Origin: Nemertoderma westbladi
Lineage: Eukaryota; Animalia; Xenacoelomorpha
Direction of reading: 5' to 3'
NCBI GenBank assembly: GCA_032718475.1
Contig: JAUCBJ010008559.1
Span: forward strand, 1 to 50,987
Length of the DNA: 50,987 nt
This document shows positions 14,041 to 26,462 of this stretch, piece by piece. The notes under the pieces were generated by a model, which saw only the letters and a list, made by a program, of their open reading frames with translations, searched no databases and had not been told where the DNA came from. The position numbers and the translations under genes are program-made. Position 1 is the first letter of the stretch; every line of letters starts with the position of its first letter.

Positions 14041-14631
14041 TATCAAGGCCTACACAGGTGGATCCAGACATTATGCCATGTCATCAGGTAGGCCTACACT
14101 AGTAGAAGAAACCAGATATTATGCCATGTCACCAGGCCTACATAGTAGAAGAAACCAGATATTATGCCATGTCACCAGGCCTACATAGTAGAAGAAACCA
14201 GATATTATGCCATGTCACCAGGCCTACACAGGTGGATCCAGACATTATGCCATGTCATCAGGTAGGCCTACACTAGTAGAAGAAACCAGATATTATGCCA
14301 TGTCACCAGGCCTACATAGTAGAAGAAACCAGATATTATGCTATGTCACCAGGCCTACATAGTAGAAGAAACCAGATATTATGCCATGTCACCAGGCCTA
14401 CATAGTAGAAGAAACCAGATATTATGCCATGTCACCAGGCCTACATATCTGGTAGAAGAAACCAGATATTGTGCCATGTCACCAGGCCTACATAGTAGAA
14501 GAAACCAGATATTATGCCATGTCACCAGGCCTACACAGGTGGATCCAGACATTATGCCATGTCATCAGGTAGGCCTACATAGTAGAAGAAACCAGATATT
14601 ATGCCATGTCACCAGGCCTACATAGTAGAAG
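14041..14631 (+). repeat. 43-bp diverged variant of the 45-bp minisatellite
   Basis: Unit TATTATGCCATGTCACCAGGCCTACATAGTAGAAGAAACCAGA, alignable to the 45-mer; ends about 37 bp before the Rab splice acceptor. Confidence 0.93.
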
Positions 14632-14668
14632 ATGCCGGAGATTTATTTTAATTCATTTTCTATTTTAG

Positions 14669-14943
14669 TTCAGCTCTTCGTCGTGGGAAATAAAAACGAC
14701 CTGGGTGAATCCGAAGTTAGCAAAGACAGAGTGCAACGCTTTGCGAAGGCCCACGAATGTCAAAATGCCTTCCTTATATCGGCAAAGACAGGACAAGGAG
14801 TCGAAACGGTGTGTCAACAAATAGCCAAAGACCTTCTGGAGCAAACTCAGGCCGAGAAGCAGCATACTGCCACAAGGAACCCCAGTATTAGAGTTGGTGT
14901 GACACCAGAAACCAGTAAATCAGAATCCACCTGTTGGTGCTGA
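14669..14943 (+). CDS. Rab-family small GTPase, terminal coding exon
   Basis: G4 box VVGNKNDL, G5 box ISAKTGQGVE, C-terminal CxC prenylation motif (CWC-stop); acceptor TTTTCTATTTTAG ends at 14668 (alternative CAG at 14673); AATAAA at 15017. G1-G3 exons not in the window. Confidence 0.9.
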
Positions 14944-15016
14944 ATGTTACCCTATAAATTGCCATTAATATTCTGAAATATTACATTACGACGGATAGAT
15001 AACAAATTAGCAATAG

Positions 15017-15022
15017 AATAAA
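15017..15022 (+). terminator. Candidate polyadenylation signal of the Rab gene
   Basis: AATAAA 74 nt after the stop codon. Confidence 0.5.
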
Positions 15023-15595
15023 GCTTTATGGAATTACGCGCGCTTTATGTGATGTGCTCCACGGTCTGGATTTCTGCTTATGTTTGAAAGGTAAACTTGT
15101 TGGTTCTGAAGATTCACAAAATATTATTAGTGGCGTCAGAAATGTGCAGCATATTTAAAAAAAAAGCCTGTAGAATGGAAATTAAGAATAGTTTTTTATA
15201 ATTAGTTTTAACTTTATAAATAATAATAATATTATTATTATTATAATATTATTAATATTATAATTAGTTTTAACTTTATAGGCCTAGATAAGAATTGGAA
15301 AACAAAGATAGATTCGATTTAAAACTGAACCATGATTCAGTTTATTAGCCATTTTCAGTTTCAGATTCAGTTTATACGAAAACTATAAGCCAATTATTTT
15401 CTATTAAATATACCAAAAGTAGCCGAGCCATTGATTATTGTTAATTTTATATTTATCCGTCACAATTACATTTTGAGTGCATTAGTAATGAATACACTCA
15501 AGTACAAGCTTAATCATTACTGTGTATAAGCTTAACAACATCATGTTCTATAAAGTAGCACTTTATAGCTTTACAACCAGAGTATGATTACTTAC

Positions 15596-15975
15596 CTCCA
15601 GGGAGACACACTTGCACTATTCTTGTTCATAATTGTGGTTGACTATGTTCTACGCATGTCCTTAGATCATCATAATGATGATGGGGTGATGATAACTCCA
15701 CCTACTGGATCCAGAAGTCGAGGAAATCCTGCCAACGTACCTAATTGATCTAGACTTTGCTGATGACTTAGGAGTACTCTCAGAATCATTAGAGGGAGCC
15801 CAACGGCTCCTCAGCTCATTAGAACATGCTGCTTCTAGTGTTGGTCCTTTTTGTAAACTCCAAGAAGACCACAATTTTGACAGTTTTCTTTGAAAGTCCC
15901 CAGGAAATGTCTGATCGTATGAGCATAAGATCAAATTATGTTATGCTTGAGCATGTAAACGACTTCTGTTACCTA
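15596..15975 (+). mobile_element. RTE-clade LINE RT fragment
   Basis: LQGDTLA...DYVLR...DLDFADDL motifs; closely similar to 50398-50778. Confidence 0.88.
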
Positions 15976-16709
15976 GCAGACATAGCATACCTAGGGACAT
16001 AGCATTTTAATACATTGCATGGTGGTGACAAAATGTTTTGTTAAGCCAGCATAGCATCTCAATGTGCAGCTTCAATGCAGCAGGCCTATTATATTACTGA
16101 TTACTTTGTTCTAAAGTCTAATAAGGGCAACTATTCAATTGTGAAGTGAGTCACACGATGTGTAAATTAATTGTCGAATAAAAGATTTGGGTTATTCAAA
16201 ATTTTCAATTTAAACTTGAAAGCATGATTCAGTTTGGTACAGTAAGCAATTAAAGGAGGAGACAGTTCATTGGTTATTAGACGCGGACCGTTGCGCCGAT
16301 TTTTTAAATGTTTTAAACCGTCGATATATTTTATTTGATTAAATATTACGGATCCCAAACAGAAACGAAGGTTTTTGGTGGAAAAATAAAACTACAAACG
16401 GGCGGGGTAGCCCTCCACCCACACTGCCCCCTTCTGCTAGTAATTACGAAATATGTATGTATAGTGTGGTTGTGTAACAAGGATAAGAGCGAATAAAAAA
16501 TATTGTAAATTTACGTGTCGTTGTTTATAAATGGGCTGCTGGGATAGTAAAGTACACAAACATTCAACGGATGAGTCACGATGAGTCAGTTCAAATATAT
16601 AAGAAAATATTAATATTATTCAAGACCGTTAAGTAAAACTGGATGAATTTTAAAATATTATGTAAAAAAAATGTAGGTCAGAAAAGTTTATACGGCGGAT
16701 GATATTCCA

Positions 16710-18524
16710 GTAGCATCGATATCAGCTAGATCCATTGCCGGTCCACCCAGTGGGTAACATCGATATCAGCTAGATCCATTGCCGGTCCACCCAGTGGGTA
16801 GCATCGATATCAGCTAGATCCATTGCCGGTCCACCCAGTGGGTAGCATCGATATCAGCTAGATCCATTGCCGGTCCACCCAGTGGGTACCATCGATATCA
16901 GCTAGATCCATTGCCGGTCCACCCAGTGGGTAGCATCGATATCAGCTAGATCCATTGCCGGTCCACCCAGTGGGTAGCATCGATATCAGCTAGATCCATT
17001 GCCGGTCCACCCAGTGGGTAGCATCGATATCAGCTAGATCCATTGCCGGTCCACCCAGTGGGTAACATCGATATCAGCTAGATCCATTGCCGGTCCACCC
17101 AGTGGGTAACATCGATATCAGCTAGATCCATTGCCGGTCCACCCAGTGGGTACCATCGATATCAGCTAGATCCATTGCCGGTCCACCCAGTGGGTAGCAT
17201 CGATATCAGCTAGATCCATTGCCGGTCCACCCAGTGGGTAACATCGATATCAGCTAGATCCATTGCCGGTCCACCCAGTGGGTACCATCGATATCAGCTA
17301 GATCCATTGCCGGTCCACCCAGTGGGTACCATCGATATCAGCTAGATCCATTGCCGGTCCACCCAGTGGGTAACATCGATATCAGCTAGATCCATTGCCG
17401 GTCCACACAGTGGGTAGCATCGATATCAGCTAGATCCATTGCCGGTCCACCCAGTGGGTAGCATCGATATCAGCTAGATCCATTGCCGGTCCACCCAGTG
17501 GGTAGCATCGATATCAGCTAGATCCATTGCCGGTCCACCCAGTGGGTAGCATCGATATCAGCTAGATCCATTGCCGGTCCACCCAGTGGGTACCATCGAT
17601 ATCAGCTAGATCCATTGCCGGTCCACCCAGTGGGTACCATCGATATCAGCTAGATCCATTGCCGGTCCACCCAGTGGGTACCATCGATATCAGCTAGATC
17701 CATTGCCGGTCCACCCAGTGGGTAGCATCGATATCAGCTAGATCCATTGCCGGTCCACCCAGTGGGTACCATCGATATCAGCTAGATCCATTGCCGGTCC
17801 CCCCAGTGGGTAGCATCGATATCAGCTAGATCCATTGCCGGTCCCCCCAGTGGGTAGCATCGATATCAGCTAGATCCATTGCCGGTCCCCCCAGTGGGTA
17901 GCATCGATATCAGCTAGATCCATTGCCGGTCCACCCAGTGGGTAACATCGATATCAGCTAGATCCATTGCCGGTCCACCCAGTGGGTAGCATCGATATCA
18001 GCTAGATCCATTGCCGGTCCCCCCAGTGGGTAGCATCGATATCAGCTAGATCCATTGCCGGTCCCCCCAGTGGGTAGCATCGATATCAGCTAGATCCATT
18101 GCCGGTCCCCCCAGTGGGTAGCATCGATATCAGCTAGATCCATTGCCGGTCCCCCCAGTGGGTAGCATCGATATCAGCTAGATCCATTGCCGGTCCACCC
18201 AGTGGGTAGCATCGATATCAGCTAGATCCATTGCCGGTCCACCCAGTGGGTACCATCGATATCAGCTAGATCCATTGTCGGTCCACCCAGTGGGTAGCAT
18301 CGATATCAGCTAGATCCATTGTCGGTCCACCCAGTGGGTAGCATCGATATCAGCTAGATCCATTGCCGGTCCACCCAGTGGGTAGCATCGATATCAGCTA
18401 GATCCATTGTCGGTCCACCCAGTGGGTAGCATCGATATCAGCTAGATCCATTGTCGGTCCACCCAGTGGGTAGCATCGATATCAGCTAGATCCATTGCCG
18501 GTCCACCCAGTGGGTAGCATCGAC
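16710..18524. repeat. 44-bp minisatellite (~41 copies), intergenic
   Basis: Unit GTAGCATCGATATCAGCTAGATCCATTGCCGGTCCACCCAGTGG, head-to-tail with no spacers. Confidence 0.98.
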
Positions 18525-19290
18525 ATCTGTATTCGGTAACAATGTACTGATAGCTAATTAATATTAGGCCTACAATATGTCGACAATTGGGATTTACGAT
18601 ATTGTCATTAATATTTAAAATTCGTATAAAATCACATATCGATTCCAAGCACTTGTTGGTTCTAAAATATTAATTTAGACGGCGTTGAAGGTGAACAGGA
18701 AGTGTTTGAACACTATAGTATAAAATCGCAGTTGAGTTATTATTATTAATCGCAGTTTATTAATCATCTATAATATAATATAATATAACTTAACGAAATT
18801 AATTAATTATTATCACAATAATTATCGGCAAGATACGTTGTAATAAATGTATTACCTTCCAAAGACGAACTTGCGCTAATGATAATACAATTATGCTAAT
18901 TGAATGCTAAAGACGGAAAAAAACAAGGAATTAAAAAAAAATAACAAAATTATTAATTGCAGCAATTGCACTATAAATAAATATTATAACTAAAATATAA
19001 GAACATAAATGAATTCTGACGGATGGATCCAGGGTACAGTAATATACATCCAGTTACGGATACAGTCATACAGCTAGACAGTAACAGAGATACAGTCAAA
19101 CAGTAAGACATTATTATACATAAATACATCAGGACATGGACATCATTATACATCAACCAACCAACCTTTGACACCCCATCAGCACACTGCATGTTACAGT
19201 TAACATTTAATTAATTCCTGGCAATGAAGGTCCAGCTTGACTGAACCCGGGACGTACATTATTGCTTTTCGCATACTGTATACGTATTAA

Positions 19291-20155
19291 GGGGACATGG
19301 TACCCTGCTAATTTTCACTAAAATAAAAAAAATTATACAATTTCTTATTAGATCAAGGTCAACATTTTTCATAGATTACAGAAATCGAAACCTTAAAGTC
19401 ATAGCAAAAGACGCAGTAGTCTGTATGTTAGTGTGTCTGTCTGTCGGTTTGTATGTCAGTCAAAAAAATAAGGAAGGACAGTACCTAATTGTAATTATCG
19501 CTATGGGGGTTTTCCTAGTCAGGGATTTCATTTCTGATGTCTCTGATGATTTCTCTCTGTAGCCAATGTCTGGCAGTAGAACAAAGACTGTTTAGATTTC
19601 ATCAAACGTGAATATTGACATCAGAAATATTTATTCAAACGTGAATATTGAAATCAACGACCATAAAACCCATATAGCGATGAATTATGGGCACACATTT
19701 GAAAAATTTATAAACAGAGAAATTTGGCGGGACGGTTTGAAATCTTTGAATGTCTTTTTCTCTAAAAGTACTTTTTCGTGTTTATTTTTTACACAAAGGG
19801 TCAATTTTTTCAGGAACTACCAGATGAAATTTTATGAAATTTTTACTGATTCTCAATATCAATGCTGTCTACACGTGGAACCTCTAACTAACATTTCAGA
19901 ATTTTTGTCTACTTTATTTTATTTTGATGATTAATATAATTTTTTTTTGAAAAAACAAGTAATTTTCAAAAAATTGTCTTATTTTTGCGGAAATTATTTT
20001 TTCGAAATTTTTTAGGTTCTACATTTATCCCGATAGGTGGTCTATCGTCTATCCGATTTCAAAATTTCATAAAATTTCATTGAGCGATTCATCCAAAAAG
20101 TTTGCCTATGTGTTACTTACGTTTGTTAAGGTAATTGGCAGGACAATATGTCTCC
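19291..20155. mobile_element. Non-autonomous DNA transposon with TTAA target site (Kolobok-like)
   Basis: TTAA|GGGGACATGGTACCCTGCTAATT ... AATTGGCAGGACAATATGTCTCC|TTAA imperfect TIRs; internal inverted repeats (ATGAAATTTTATGAAATTTT ~19824 vs AAAATTTCATAAAATTTCAT ~20061). Confidence 0.75.
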
Positions 20156-21158
20156 TTAATGAACTGAGCGTGCAGTTTATAGTATCAGAAAATGGAGATT
20201 ATACGAGTAATCCTATCCAAACGATCACATTATGCTGAGTGAGTGGTCCAAGGAAACACAACTCAATCCTGTTACCACAACAATTCATGAAATTAACAAT
20301 CTAAGTAGTTACATTAATATATACGCGGTATTTAAAACGAAAGTTAGGCCTAATTATTTAAAAATACTTCAAAGAACAATTCAATTAATTAAGTAATTAG
20401 TACATAACAGTAAGTACTAATGATTATGAGGTATTATTAATTAAAAGTTAATGAACCTGCGTCATTACGATTATTCCAACAGGAGGAATATGTCAAGAGA
20501 AAACAGATCCTATGACAGAATGTAAAATAAATTAAAATTAATTTATTGTTATAATTATAAAGTATCTATTAATTGACAATCTAAAAGAACTAGAAACAAA
20601 AAATTATAATTATTAATAATTTTCAACCATTTCAATTCAATTGCAATTGATTGCATCTAAAAAATTATTCTACTACAATAAGATAAAAATACATGGTGTG
20701 CACCGGTTACACAAAACACAACATTTAAAGATGTTAGACATCAACTCAACTGATCATTTAACAAATATAAATTTATAAAATCTGGGTAAAACATTCAATT
20801 CGAAATGAAGCACTCGAGCTAAATGTTTATAATAATTATTCAATTGTTGTCTGACTTTTGTAAATCTACTAATTATTATTCAAAGAGACGAATGACAATA
20901 TACACCTGAAGGAAAATATATGTGGTTTAGATTAGATGAATGCTTTAATAACTTACATCAAATAGTTCGAAAACTACAGCTGACATAACTAAATAATGTC
21001 AATAAAATATATTATTAAAGGATATCAACGGCGATATCATATAATCTGAGCTCTTTGTCGAGCTCGTCAAATAGCCACGAGAAACAATAACGGAGGCTTT
21101 GCAAGGTGAATTATTGTAATGCCAACTTTTTTGGAGCGACTCTAAGCAACGAAACACA

Positions 21159-21418
21159 CTAGGAGTCATCGTCCGCACACAACGCTTGGTTGTAGGCGGC
21201 CGTTGTGCTGGTGGTGCAAGGGTGCACCCTGGATGGGGACGATTTGGACACTTCGCAGGGGTGCACCCTGGATGGGGACGATCTTTGCACCGGCGGTGGT
21301 GTTGACACCGGTGGAGGGGCGGTGACCTTTATAGCACCGGGACCCGAAGATCGCCTTCTCGTTGAGTTCAGATGGCCATGGATAACCTCGACGATCTTTT
21401 TGAAGCGACGATAAGAAC
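21159..21418 (-). CDS. BRSK: BRSK/SAD-1 kinase, terminal exon (end of KA1 domain plus Ser/Pro tail)
   Basis: Acceptor TTTTCTAAG; phase 1; G-SYRRFKKIVEVIHGHL...DDDS-stop resembles BRSK SGPSRRFKRVVETIQ. Confidence 0.88.
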
Positions 21419-22249
21419 CTTAGAAAATAAATAAAAATATTTTCTGTTAATAATAAAAAAAGAAAATGAAAATATAAAAAACATGATTATCAGAAATTTA
21501 TTTCAAAGAAAATTAAATTAAATCCCCGAAAACAAATTCATAGAAATAACTATAAATAGAAACATCCTTTGTGAATTTGTATCGCTAAATGTAAATAGGC
21601 CTCCAACAATATGACCTGCTGTCAATGCAATTGTGATGTAGCTCTCCAAAATTCTAGAAGTCAGCGATATACAAAATTAACAAATAAATGAACCATGTAG
21701 CAAGGCGATCTAGAACTAGTTCTAGACCGCCTTGACATAGACTTAATTAGAATCTCCAGGTTACTTTCTGCGAGGAATCCTAAAAATAAAACTGTGTTGA
21801 CAATGAGTGAGTGATCTCCAACCAAAACCGCTCTAACGATTTTCCTATTATTTTCACCATTGACCGTTTGCCGACCCAAGGGGCGAGTGGTCTACAATGG
21901 AAGGCTCTGATTGGCCGAAACCGAAACTCGATATAACTCGAGTAGAATTAAACGACACTCTTGTAGTCAACACTTTAACCGGAAAAATACAAAAAAAATT
22001 TTGTAACAGCTTCAAAATTTATTACTTTTAGTTGACCTCGGTTGACCAGGCGGTTAATGTCTGGGGCCACTGTCCGGGGGCTAAAGTCATCACTGTCACA
22101 TGTCCGGGTGGCTACTGTCTGGAGGGCCACTGTACCAGTTCGATCCCACCTCCACATGGACGTCATTGCCGACTTTGCCAAGCTGTGCCCAACGAAAAAA
22201 GTTCTATCAATATTCGTGATATACAACCTGCACTAATTAACCAACTCAC

Positions 22250-22430
22250 CTGATTGCAAAGTAAAGAAAACATAATAAGTTTCTTTGCTGGAATCCTTAA
22301 CCCCCACGCATTCCTGTATGTCTACCTGGAATCGGAGATTGCGTTGGAAGACTCCGCCTGTGTAGTAGGATTGTCTCAACTCCGCGTTAAAGCGAGTGGG
22401 GGAGACGACAGTGTGGGATAATTCCTGGGC
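22250..22430 (-). CDS. BRSK: BRSK/SAD-1 kinase exon (KA1 domain)
   Basis: TGTTTTAG|AQELSHTVVSPTRFNAELRQSYYTGGVFQRNLRFQVDI...FFTLQS-G|GTGAGT; 181 bp, phase 0 to 1; resembles BRSK LSHSV.SQTSFRAEY...VFQKPV.FQVDI. Confidence 0.92.
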
Positions 22431-22657
22431 CTAAAACAGGGAAAGGGTGGGATAATTCCTGGGCCTAAAACAGAGAAAGTGTGGGATAATTCCTGGGCCT
22501 AAAACAGGGAAAGTGTGGGATAATTCCTGGGCCTAAAACAGGGAAAGGGTGGGATAATTCCTGGGCCTAAAACAGGGAAAGTGTGGGATAATTCCTGGGC
22601 CTAAAACAGGGAAAGGGTGGGATAATTCCAGGGCCTAAAACAGGGAAAGTGTGGGAT
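22411..22657 (-). repeat. 34-bp tandem repeat made of the BRSK 3' splice site (7 acceptors)
   Basis: Minus-strand unit CTTTCCCTGTTTTAG|GCCCAGGAATTATCCCAC(A/C). Confidence 0.95.
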
Positions 22658-22964
22658 GATTTACATACTAACTACAACACTGTCAGAATTATATTTTTGT
22701 ATTATTTTTTCCCATCTATTACCGTATTGATATATTTAAGTACACGTTTCAATTCAATTTCACAATTAAAAATTAACAATTATAACAATGAATAGCTGTG
22801 TGAGTGATACCAACAAAGATTTGGCCAGGCGATGGAAGCAAGCTTATAAAGCACCTGGCAAGTCTAGAAATTGATCCGTTAATTATATTATATTTTTAAT
22901 TTGGATTTATCAAGGTAAATAAATTTATTAAATGAACTGTTTGTGACATTTATGAATAATAACT

Positions 22965-23176
22965 TAGAACTATTTTATTATATTTTTTAGTTAGTAGAAT
23001 ATTCTTTAGAACTATTTTATTATATTTTTTAGTTAGTAGAATATTCTTTAGAACTATTTTATTATATTTTTTAGTTAGTAGAATATTCTTTAGAACTATT
23101 TTATTATATTTTTTAGTTAGTAGAATATTCTTTAGAACTATTTTATTATATTTTTTAGTTAGTAGAATATTCTTTA
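22965..23176. repeat. 42-bp AT-rich tandem repeat (~5 copies)
   Basis: Unit TTAGAACTATTTTATTATATTTTTTAGTTAGTAGAATATTCT. Confidence 0.93.
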
Positions 23177-23179
23177 AAT

Positions 23180-23790
23180 TTCGTTTATATTGGTAAATAG
23201 TAGAATGCCGGCGAAGTGACATTGAGAGTTGATTCGAGGGTAGTGGACCGTGATAACTCACTAGACTGGGTTGACGATTTTCGATACAGATGGAGAGATG
23301 TATATTATTATTAGTAATTTGACTTAAGATTTTGTGGGAGTTTTCCCATCATAGATTTGTACATAAAAATAAGACTTTGGAAAATGTATAACTTCGGGAG
23401 CTGTAATTCTTGTTGGGTCGAAAATAGTTCATTCGTATGATGTTGCCAGTGTTTTAGATGTACATAACGTATTGCCTTTTTTGGTAGTAGGAAGATGAGA
23501 TTTTTGTCGCAGTACTGTTGGACTCGCTAGTGTTTCCCCAAATAATTAGCGCGAACATAAGATATGGGTGGATAAAGTGTGTTGTACAAAGTGAGGCGAA
23601 TTTAATATGGCATGAAGTTATTAATACTGCCAAGAATTCCTGCGTTTTGGGCAATCTTTAATCTCCTGTATTGCATATGTGCTTGTTCCATCGTTTTAAA
23701 TCGTTGGAAATTATAACGCCGAGAAATGTAGTTTCGGTAACTTGTTTAATTGAACTGCCATTAATGTTGTAAACTGGCTAACTACGTTAG
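23180..23790 (-). mobile_element. Degenerate CR1/L2-group LINE, RT C-terminal fragment
   Basis: Minus-strand translations TTFLGVIISNDLKRWNKHI, HPYLMFALIIWGNTS, KSLIFMYK with frameshifts. Confidence 0.75.
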
Positions 23791-23944
23791 TATTTCTATT
23801 GGATTAAATTAGTATTTTTTTATATAATAAATATTACATTAGTATTTCTATTCCATTAAATTCGTTTTGTTAAGAGTTAGAGATAATTTATTAGATACCA
23901 GCCAATTGTAAACGTTTTGAAATTCGTTAGGTTGAGGATCAAAC

Positions 23945-24500
23945 CTACTACTACTACTATTAGTACTACTACGATCGACATGCTGCATTGCAGCTGCATT
24001 ATATATATTTCATATTTATTAAGAATGTTGTGCCGGCTTGTCAACAAAATTGCGCCGCCACAACTCCCTATCGTCCATGACATTTGCTAGATCATCCGCA
24101 TCTTCAAGGCCAGTGTCCTTTAAGATGCGTCTCAAGAAAGTCATGGGCTGTCCACCATGCTTATTCACTCCATGAGGCTGCCAAAGTACAAGATTATGCA
24201 CTGGCTGGTCCTCACGGCGAAAGCAATGTCCTGCAAAGCGGAGGCGGCTTTGCTCTAGTGTCAAGCTTGGGGGAACCAATGAGACACCTCCAATGTTATA
24301 TAGTGTCTGGTTGGAGATTTGTTTGTGCATTGTACTTGACACAATGCACCCGGCGTAGCATTCTTGTGAATGTGCCATCCAGAGATTTGGTGTCCTCAGC
24401 AGTTAGAGCCCAGCATGGACTCCCATAGGAGTACTGGAACTACTGCTGTTTTAAATAATCGGATCTTAAGTTTCCGATGAATTCTCGGTGACTTCCAAAA
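23945..24500 (-). mobile_element. RTE-clade LINE 3' end
   Basis: KIRLFKTAVVPVLL, RLRFAGHCFRREDQPVHNLVLWQP, DDRELWR; (TAG)n tail; overlaps in sequence with 50860-50987 (inverted). Confidence 0.88.
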
Positions 24501-24553
24501 AGAACAAACGTACTGTAACATTATTATCATCATTTTGAGTTGCAATATCGTGA

Positions 24554-24863
24554 GTAGTATAGGCTTGCTCCTCTTTGTGACAGTTAGACAACACTCATGA
24601 CCCATTGGGTGTTAGGGCGCTAATCGGTCTGATTAATTAGGATAATCAATTAAACCCTAATTAGGAGTCGTAAGACACCTATTAGGGATTAAATGTATTA
24701 ATTAATTGATGATATCTGTCAATTTGGGTCTTATTAGCCTAATTAGGAGGTGTCACCCAGACAGTCTGGCGCCAATGACACCCACATTGTCCTGTGTCAC
24801 ATTCCTAAGTGATGAGTCATGAGTGTGGTCTAACTGTCACAAAGAGGAGCAAGCCTATACTAC
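24554..24863. mobile_element. MITE with ~50-bp TIRs and 8-bp TSD
   Basis: GTAGTATAGGCTTGCTCCTCTTTGTGACAGTTAGAC...GTCTAACTGTCACAAAGAGGAGCAAGCCTATACTAC flanked by TATCGTGA on both sides. Confidence 0.9.
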
Positions 24864-25074
24864 TATCGTGAAGTAAAGACGATAAAGCTAATAATTCTAC
24901 GAATTTTTTGGCTTGGAATCCAAACTGATCATAACATAAAAATTTTGGGTGTAAACGTTAAGCAAACACCTGGTGCGGATACTGGAGCAGAAACCTGGTG
25001 CAGACACTGGTACAGACACCTGGTGCAGGTACTGCACCTGTGTCTACAGCTGTGTCTGCACCAGTATCCGCACC

Positions 25075-25205
25075 AGATGATCTAGCAAATGTCATGGCCA
25101 TGGGTGATAGGGAGTTGTGGCGGCACAATTTTGTCGACAAGCCGTGGCACAGCATTCTTAAAAATGCAGCTGCAATGCAGCATGCCGATCCTAGTAGTAG
25201 TAGTA
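25075..25205 (+). mobile_element. Short RTE LINE 3' end with (TAG)n tail
   Basis: Inverted homolog of 23960-24095; tail abuts the BRSK donor at 25206-25211. Confidence 0.8.
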
Positions 25206-25211
25206 ACTTAC

Positions 25212-25335
25212 CGAAAGGAACGCTTGAACAATGTCAGCTTTTATGGCACTGAGATTCTTATCATTAACAATTACAAGTATTTGTTCTTCGCGATCGGGAA
25301 TCAGCCAGTTCGGAAACCACGGTCTCTTTGATAAT
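25212..25335 (-). CDS. BRSK: BRSK/SAD-1 kinase exon (autoinhibitory segment / KA1 start)
   Basis: TTTCAG|(E)LSKRPWFPNWLIPDREEQILVIVNDKNLSAIKADIVQAFLS|GTAAGT; 124 bp, phase 2 to 0; resembles BRSK ELAK.SWF...EEQIF...DKPLSSIKADIVHAFLS. Confidence 0.95.
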
Positions 25336-25389
25336 CTGAAACATATAGAAGAGATGATTAATCCTAAATCATTAAATGATAATTAATAA

Positions 25390-25980
25390 AATGATAATTT
25401 GAAGCATAAGGTTAAGGTGTTATGACTTGGGACCAACCCCTACCACCACTATATCACTTATTCTGTATCCGAATTACATTGTTCTATTTTTATGTTTCCA
25501 TGACAACCACTGAAAACAGACGTTTTGATACATCGTTAATTTGGGTATAAACTATACAATAAAATGTTCCAAAACTTGATTTGTGTTAGCAGGACCATAA
25601 GCTGGAATTTTTTTGTTAAACTCAAAACCTTCCAGAAATATTTAGTCACCATGGTAACTGGAGTTTATCAAAGTCTATATCATTCAAGTCTATAAATAAC
25701 TATATTTGTAGCAAAACCACTATAGATAGAAACTTAGGGTTTTTCAAATTAACTATAAGCAAAAAAATCTCTATTCAGAAAACCCAGTTACCATGGAAAC
25801 CAGGCTAAACAGATGTTCTAAATTATATAAAGATAATTTGAAAAATAAGGTTAAGGTTGTACGACTTGGGACCATCACCCATTCCCTATATATCACTTAT
25901 TCTGCATCCAATTTACGTTGTTCTATTTTTTTCAGTTTCCATGACAACCAGACATTTTGATAAAAAATCGGTCATTTTGG
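25390..25980. repeat. Diverged direct duplication (~440-bp period), probably transposon-derived
   Basis: ATAAGGTTAAGGT...GACTTGGGACCA...TATATCACTTATTCTG...GTTTCCATGACAACCA at ~25406 and ~25845. Confidence 0.7.
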
Positions 25981-26462
25981 CATAGTAGATGAAGCAATAA
26001 TATATTCTGAAACGCGGTATGTGTCATCTCGCAACCATTCGGGTAGGATATATTGTTCTCATCAATAATCCCAAAGATGCCCAACTGGCATAATTGAGGA
26101 TTTTGCTAAAAGTTGCCAAATTCTACACCTGATTAACTACGATTTCGTTCCCCCAGGGTTTCGTTCCAGAACGTTTTTACTCACTTGGGAACATCCCCGG
26201 TTTCATGTTATAAAGTGTGTTATTATATTGTAACGTTAATGATAATAACGATAATGATCGATTTTTATAGCCCTCGTGGGCGTACCCCTAAAAATACACT
26301 CTCGTGACACTGATCTTAGTTGCCGTATTACAACATTATTACCCGTAATACATTTTTTGGCTCAGAGCTTGCTAGGCTTGCACTATTGGAAACTCTCCAA
26401 ACCTCTAGCAGGTGATAATTACAGGTCAATTAAGCACCTCACGTTTGACCCCGTCCACCGGC

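Noticed and set aside
14632-14668. ATG start of the 103-aa ORF
   Set aside because: Intronic: it covers the pyrimidine tract, and the GTPase lacks G1-G3.
16710-18524. CRISPR array
   Set aside because: Head-to-tail repeats with no unique spacers, no cas genes, eukaryotic context.
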